Program-made: the position numbers and the translations under genes
Shown: positions 26,949 to 32,000 of the stretch, piece after piece
Layout of the letters: each line of letters starts with the position of its first letter
How positions within the stretch are numbered: position 1 is the first letter of the stretch
The notes under the pieces: model-generated
The model's database searches: none
Told to the model about the DNA's origin: nothing
The model's input: the letters and a program-made list of their open reading frames with translations, nothing else
Origin: Nanobdella aerobiophila
GTDB taxonomy: Archaea > Nanobdellota > Nanobdellia > Nanobdellales > Nanobdellaceae
Assembly: GCF_023169545.1 (NCBI RefSeq)
Contig: NZ_AP019769.1
Location: forward strand, 60,001-92,000
Length of the DNA: 32,000 nt
Reading direction: 5' to 3'

Positions 26949-27776
26949 ATGTTTGCTCATGCTAAAGGAAATAAAAATTCAAAGTGGAAAATGATCGGTA
27001 TCCCATCTGAAGTCGGTAGTTTATCAAATATAAAATTTTATTCAAATGGACCTAAAGCAATTAGAGATGCATCATATAAAGTATTTGATACATTATTGGG
27101 AGATATAGATTTGGAAGATATAGAAGATCTAGGGGATATAGATATAGAAGATATAAGAGATATAAATTATTTATATAATTATATATATAATAGATTAAAG
27201 GAAATATATGATAAAAATAAAAAATATATATTTTTAGGTGGGGATCATTCTATAACATATCCTATATTAAAATTAATTAGAGAAAATTGGAACAATTACA
27301 AGTTATTATATTTTGATGCACATCCAGATATGCATCCAGATCCTTATCCAAACTATGAAAGTTATATATACTATTTAATAAAAGAAGAATATTTGAATCC
27401 AGAAGATATAATCATGGTTGGTATATCTAATCTATCTTTTGAAGAAAAAAATATATTAAAGGATTGGAATATAAAATATTATAATTTTTATGAAGTATGG
27501 GATAATATAAATGATATTTCTAGAGAAATAAGTAATATATTAGATAATAAAAATTTATATATATCTATAGATATAGATGTATTTGAAAATGGATGTGGCC
27601 ATTGGTTGGAGGGAATGGGAATAAAGGTATATCATTATTTAAAGATATTGAAGGAGTTAAAAAATGTACATTTAATTGGTTTTGATCTGACCGAATTATT
27701 TTCTAGTAATATATGCAATAATCTAGCCGTAAAGATAATATTAGAAACTATATCTATATTTAATTATTATAAATAG
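26949..27776 (+). CDS. Arginase/agmatinase family ureohydrolase
   Basis: FLGGDHSITYPI; LLYFDAHPDMHPD; ISIDIDVFE; IGFDLTEL. Confidence 0.8.
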   Translation: MFAHAKGNKNSKWKMIGIPSEVGSLSNIKFYSNGPKAIRDASYKVFDTLLGDIDLEDIEDLGDIDIEDIRDINYLYNYIYNRLKEIYDKNKKYIFLGGDHSITYPILKLIRENWNNYKLLYFDAHPDMHPDPYPNYESYIYYLIKEEYLNPEDIIMVGISNLSFEEKNILKDWNIKYYNFYEVWDNINDISREISNILDNKNLYISIDIDVFENGCGHWLEGMGIKVYHYLKILKELKNVHLIGFDLTELFSSNICNNLAVKIILETISIFNYYK

Positions 27777-28806
27777 AATGTATATATATTAATAATATTA
27801 ATATTGTTCCAAAGATTAAAGTATTTAAGGTTAATAATATTATTTTTTCATATATATTTAATTTTATTATATAGTTAATAAAATCAATGAAGTTAATTAT
27901 TATAATTGGTATACCAGAAGATATTCCTAATAATATTTTTTTATTATTTGGATATTTATGATATAAATATGCATGTATAGCTGTAAAATAAAATATTATA
28001 GAAATTAATATATTTTCAATAGAATAAAATATTATATTGTTATATATTATATAATATAGAGAGCTAAATATAAATATGAATATAAATAATATTAAAAAAT
28101 ACATTGTAAAACCTTCTATTTTCCTATTAAATAGTTTATATATTAGATATAATATTATGATTTCGAAAATGGAAAATATTAATATATCTATTATAAAAAA
28201 TATATTTTGTTCCAATGAAAATAGTATTTGTAATAATAATAATATAAATAGAAAGCAGAATATATATCTTTTATAAATATTGATATTATTTAATTTAGTA
28301 AAACTAATGTTCTTATTATCTTTTGATATATTAAATAATACTACAAATAATATTAATGGTATTAGATATGGAATATTTATATTATATATATAGACTAAAA
28401 TAAATAAATAAAATACTGATATTATATAAAATATAAATGATTTTCTATTTATTATTAATTTTTCTTCTCCAATATAGTTCCCAATCAGATAAGATATTAT
28501 GAAGAAAAATATATTATTATATATAAATATAAATAGGCTATTTATATTTAATAGTCTAGCTAATATATCAATTGGAACTAAAATATATAAAAATTTGATC
28601 ATATTTGTATTTGATCTTTTTAATAAAAGATATAATATTGGTATATATATTGCTCCGAATACAGAAAATGATATTAAATAATTTTTTATATATATGAAAG
28701 ATATAATTATAGATAAAAAATAAAATAATATATATAATATAAAAATATATTTTGATATATTTTGATTTTCGTCTATATATTTATCTATAAATGTTTCATT
28801 TGGCAT
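27760..28806 (-). CDS. Polytopic membrane protein, apparent paralog of the 30721-31926 ORF
   Basis: FSVFGAIYIPILYLLLKRSNTN...YILVPIDILA...IISYLIGNYIGEEKLIINRK parallels the 401-aa ORF. Confidence 0.65.
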   Translation of the reverse strand: MPNETFIDKYIDENQNISKYIFILYILFYFLSIIISFIYIKNYLISFSVFGAIYIPILYLLLKRSNTNMIKFLYILVPIDILARLLNINSLFIFIYNNIFFFIISYLIGNYIGEEKLIINRKSFIFYIISVFYLFILVYIYNINIPYLIPLILFVVLFNISKDNKNISFTKLNNINIYKRYIFCFLFILLLLQILFSLEQNIFFIIDILIFSIFEIIILYLIYKLFNRKIEGFTMYFLILFIFIFIFSSLYYIIYNNIIFYSIENILISIIFYFTAIHAYLYHKYPNNKKILLGISSGIPIIIINFIDFINYIIKLNIYEKIILLTLNTLIFGTILILLIYIHSIYNN

Positions 28807-28839
28807 TTATATATATTTATTAATAAATTATTATAAATA

Positions 28840-29484
28840 TTATACAATTTTTATACCATTTCCCGTTTTTTCTAGATATACATCTGTAGACCCATAAAAA
28901 CTAATATTATTAATAAATTTACATGGTATTATATTACAAATGTATTTATCATTATAACTTTCTGTACAAATTTTATTATTATATACATAAGTTTCTGATA
29001 GAAATACAAAGGACTGATTAGAAATATTTTCATTATTAATACAAAAATTGTAGACAAAATAATAGAAATCTGAATAATAATTTTCGCATATTTGTATATT
29101 TATACTAGATAATTGGCCGTCTATAGATATAAAATACGAATTATTATCGCAATTACCATAGTAATTAATTATTCCTAAACTATAATTATTTATATACACC
29201 CTAAATGGATATGGAAAAACTGCGCAATCAGGTAGTTCATTATAAAAACTATTATTAAAATAAATTAATTTATTTATTGTTGTATAAAATATAGGGTAAC
29301 TTGGCGACCCTAAACAATTATTAGAAAATATTTCATATAATATATTTTGAGAATAAGAAAAGTCGTTGTTGCTTTCATAATTATATAAATCATATCCAGA
29401 ATATATAGATGTTATTAATATTATCCCTACTAAAAATAATACCAAAATTATTGTTGTAAATATTATAGAAAATTGAGATTTCAT
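28840..29484 (-). CDS. N-terminally anchored, Cys-containing extracellular protein (pilin-like N-terminus)
   Basis: MKSQFSIIFTTIILVLFLVGIILITSIYSG followed by a soluble region with 8 Cys. Confidence 0.6.
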   Translation of the reverse strand: MKSQFSIIFTTIILVLFLVGIILITSIYSGYDLYNYESNNDFSYSQNILYEIFSNNCLGSPSYPIFYTTINKLIYFNNSFYNELPDCAVFPYPFRVYINNYSLGIINYYGNCDNNSYFISIDGQLSSINIQICENYYSDFYYFVYNFCINNENISNQSFVFLSETYVYNNKICTESYNDKYICNIIPCKFINNISFYGSTDVYLEKTGNGIKIV

Positions 29485-29485
29485 A

Positions 29486-30718
29486 TTAATTAATACATGA
29501 TGTAGGTGTAGGCGGTGTTATTGTTGCAGGGCATGATATTGACTGAACGCATTCTTGTGCCAATGATTGGTCACATCCGCAATATGTTCCCAATACACAT
29601 GCAGAACATGTATTGGATATGCTATATATATAATTATAATTTATTGTTCCTTCTCCATTTTTCGATGAGGAGCTTCCGCATATTATATTATTATTTGAAT
29701 TACAAGAATCCTGATTATTATTTAATGTACAAGAGGAAGATATCACTTGTCCTGTAGTTAAGTTATATGTATATGTACATGAATAGTCGCAGATTTTATG
29801 TGCAGTATATGTATCATTATTTTGATATACTATAGAATTTATATTTATTTTTTGGGGAACTGTATTTCCATTATAATATATATTATATTGTGTATCTTCA
29901 CAACTTAAAGTAATTATACATGCAGTATTCTGAGCTATGCATGTATATGGACAACTTGCAGAACATAAATTTGGAGTTTCTATACTTTCATTACATTTTA
30001 TATATGGATTATTTGTAAATTGCTCAAAATTTTGTGCACAAGTATTTATAAAATTATTATTTAAAGCATTAGCGCAATCTACGAAGGAACATTGAGAAAA
30101 TTCTCCAGATTGTGAAAATTGAACGCCTTCATTATATAAATAAAATGCAGGATTATCGGATACTGTTTGATTAGCGCTATAAGGATATATATATTCTGAA
30201 TTATTATTATAAACGGTTAAATATATACCAGTCACGTATACAGGATATTCATAATTATAATTACCAGCTTCTATATTATTACACGAACCTAAAACACCAG
30301 CATAATAATTTGTTGAAATATTGGTTTCTATATTGTAAGGATAATAATATTGTAATTTTTCTAAATCATATATACTATTATATATATTTGTTGCTATACC
30401 CTCTTCTGTTAAATTACTATAATAATTTAAAGCAGCCTGGCATGATTGTGGAGCACCGCAGGCTTCTGGATATGCCGCCCAATATTCTTTTCCCCACGAA
30501 TTTAACCCCGCTATATAAGATTGTGTGTACGCTTGTTGTGTAATTAAAGTATTTATATAACCTAGAAAATAATCTGTTAGTGTTACTGAAGAAGTGAATC
30601 TTATAAATATTTCATTTTGTTTGGAACTTAATGATATAGATACAAAAGATAGTATTATAATTACAGTTATAAAAGCTATAAATAATAACACATATATAAA
30701 TTCTATTTGATTTCTCAT
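29486..30718 (-). CDS. N-terminally anchored, Cys-rich extracellular protein (pilin-like N-terminus)
   Basis: MRNQIEFIYVLLFIAFITVIIILSF followed by a soluble region with 24 Cys and many N-x-S/T sequons. Confidence 0.65.
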   Translation of the reverse strand: MRNQIEFIYVLLFIAFITVIIILSFVSISLSSKQNEIFIRFTSSVTLTDYFLGYINTLITQQAYTQSYIAGLNSWGKEYWAAYPEACGAPQSCQAALNYYSNLTEEGIATNIYNSIYDLEKLQYYYPYNIETNISTNYYAGVLGSCNNIEAGNYNYEYPVYVTGIYLTVYNNNSEYIYPYSANQTVSDNPAFYLYNEGVQFSQSGEFSQCSFVDCANALNNNFINTCAQNFEQFTNNPYIKCNESIETPNLCSASCPYTCIAQNTACIITLSCEDTQYNIYYNGNTVPQKININSIVYQNNDTYTAHKICDYSCTYTYNLTTGQVISSSCTLNNNQDSCNSNNNIICGSSSSKNGEGTINYNYIYSISNTCSACVLGTYCGCDQSLAQECVQSISCPATITPPTPTSCIN

Positions 30719-30720
30719 TA

Positions 30721-31926
30721 TTATATCTTAGTATGTAAATATATAAGTGTTAATATTGATAATGTAACGATAACTCCATGAATTACACCTAAACTTAGTG
30801 CAAGATTTGGTAAGCTAAATATTGGTAATAAGAAAGAATTCATTCCTGGAGCAATACCAAATATTTCATTTTCTAATAATTCGCCAGATACCAATTGGAA
30901 TATTAATAAAATACCTAAAGTTATTCCTATAGATTTTTTCAATATATTAGTATTTTTTCTATTAAAAAAATAATGTATACCTAGAAAGAAAAATATAAAT
31001 GATATAATTATTCTTGTATGTAAGAGATACATTAGATAGCTATCATAAAATAAATATAAAACGCCAAAAAATATCTGTAAATTATATAAAAATAATAGTA
31101 TAATGCTATAAAATGATACAAATTTATTTTTTAATTTTTTATATATTAAATAAAATATTATATACTCATATATTGATATAAAAATCATTGATAAAGATAT
31201 ATATTTATAATATGGGTCATTTATATTTGGATGTTTTATATAAAATAATGATAAAATAATTGAATATATTAGCTGTATAAATATTATAATTTGAGTTGCA
31301 TATATAATTATTTTTTTATAATTATTTATTTTATTTAATTTTGATAAATCTATACCATTGTTTTTATTTAGATAATTATATAAAAATATAGGTATTAATG
31401 TTATTAATATTAAAAATTCAAATAAATACTCTGCTATATCTGTCTTATAAAATAAATAAGCTATATTTATAACTATTTGTGGTAATATAACATCAACATC
31501 AGTTCCAATTACATTTATTACAGTATTTATAAATAATAGGATAATAAAATAAGATAATAAGAATATATAAATTATTAATTGTTTTTTTGATATCTTTAGA
31601 TTATTTATTATTAATGATTGTCCAATAAAATACGCTAATAGATAAAAGAAAATATATAAATAAAATAATTCTGCTATAAAATTATGGAATGTATTTATTG
31701 AAAAAATTTCTAAAGGAAATAATAGATATATAATTTTATAATTATTATAAGTTGTTTTTGTATACTTTAGTAATAATAAAAGTATTGGTATATAAATTAT
31801 ACCAAATATAATATTAAATATGTTTATACCAAATAATATATAATTTTTATTCCATATCTTAATAAAAGAAAATGATAATAATATTATTAGATAATAAAAA
31901 ATAAATTTTTTATTATTGTCTACCAT
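30721..31926 (-). CDS. Polytopic membrane protein, apparent paralog of the 27760-28806 ORF
   Basis: FNIIFGIIYIPILLLLLKYTKTT...YLLFPLEIFS...LLAYFIGQSLIINNLKISK. Confidence 0.65.
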   Translation of the reverse strand: MVDNNKKFIFYYLIILLSFSFIKIWNKNYILFGINIFNIIFGIIYIPILLLLLKYTKTTYNNYKIIYLLFPLEIFSINTFHNFIAELFYLYIFFYLLAYFIGQSLIINNLKISKKQLIIYIFLLSYFIILLFINTVINVIGTDVDVILPQIVINIAYLFYKTDIAEYLFEFLILITLIPIFLYNYLNKNNGIDLSKLNKINNYKKIIIYATQIIIFIQLIYSIILSLFYIKHPNINDPYYKYISLSMIFISIYEYIIFYLIYKKLKNKFVSFYSIILLFLYNLQIFFGVLYLFYDSYLMYLLHTRIIISFIFFFLGIHYFFNRKNTNILKKSIGITLGILLIFQLVSGELLENEIFGIAPGMNSFLLPIFSLPNLALSLGVIHGVIVTLSILTLIYLHTKI

Positions 31927-32000
31927 GTATCTAGCACTCCAACCAGATATCCGCCCAAGTTTAGTTTAGGAATTGGCAAATAAAAATAATATGTATATAA
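31920..32000 (-). CDS. 3' end of a further operon gene, truncated by the window edge
   Basis: Open frame to the edge: LYTYYFYLPIPKLNLGGYLVGVLDTW*; stop TAG overlaps the ATG of the 401-aa ORF by 7 nt (ATGGTAG). Confidence 0.5.
   Translation of the reverse strand, partial: LYTYYFYLPIPKLNLGGYLVGVLDTW

Noticed and set aside
28076-30543. Plus-strand ORFs 28076-28276, 28499-28681, 29515-29757, 30310-30543
   Set aside because: Short, antisense to the membrane/Cys-rich operon and low complexity.
1-32000. CRISPR array or Cas/defence system
   Set aside because: No direct repeats with regular spacers and no cas or known defence motifs were seen by eye; the only RNA-guided relic is the decayed TnpB.

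Overview
AT-rich, very compact archaeal window. Gene content (TFB, proteasome alpha, SBDS, LonB, S24e/S27ae, glycogen enzymes, large Asn/Tyr-rich surface proteins) and extreme compaction suggest a nanoarchaeal/DPANN-type genome; this lineage call is inference. Supported features: a decayed IS605-type TnpB remnant; an AdkA-like kinase; prephenate dehydratase whose N-terminus lies upstream of the supplied ORF and has no ATG/GTG/TTG start; tRNA-Pro(GGG) and tRNA-Thr(GGT); a glycogen cluster (debranching enzyme, GT4, GH57, DUF5752-like, MinD-like ATPase with a MinD-type C-terminal tail, GT3-like glycogen synthase); a TFB / Pop5-like / psmA / SBDS operon; LonB interrupted by a 474-aa LAGLIDADG intein with a D->N change; two secreted surface proteins, one with two 81-aa repeats and one that looks like two secreted proteins joined in frame; S24e-S27ae-DUF192; a UDG; a canonical C/D box sRNA overlapping the UDG stop codon; an arginase/agmatinase-family protein; and a tightly packed operon of pilin-like Cys-rich and paralogous polytopic membrane proteins running off the right edge. 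Strongest leads: the membrane/Cys-rich operon (27760-32000), the MinD-like ATPase in the glycogen operon, the Pop5-like gene set against apparently leaderless tRNAs, the C/D sRNA, the tandem secreted-protein ORF and the LonB intein.
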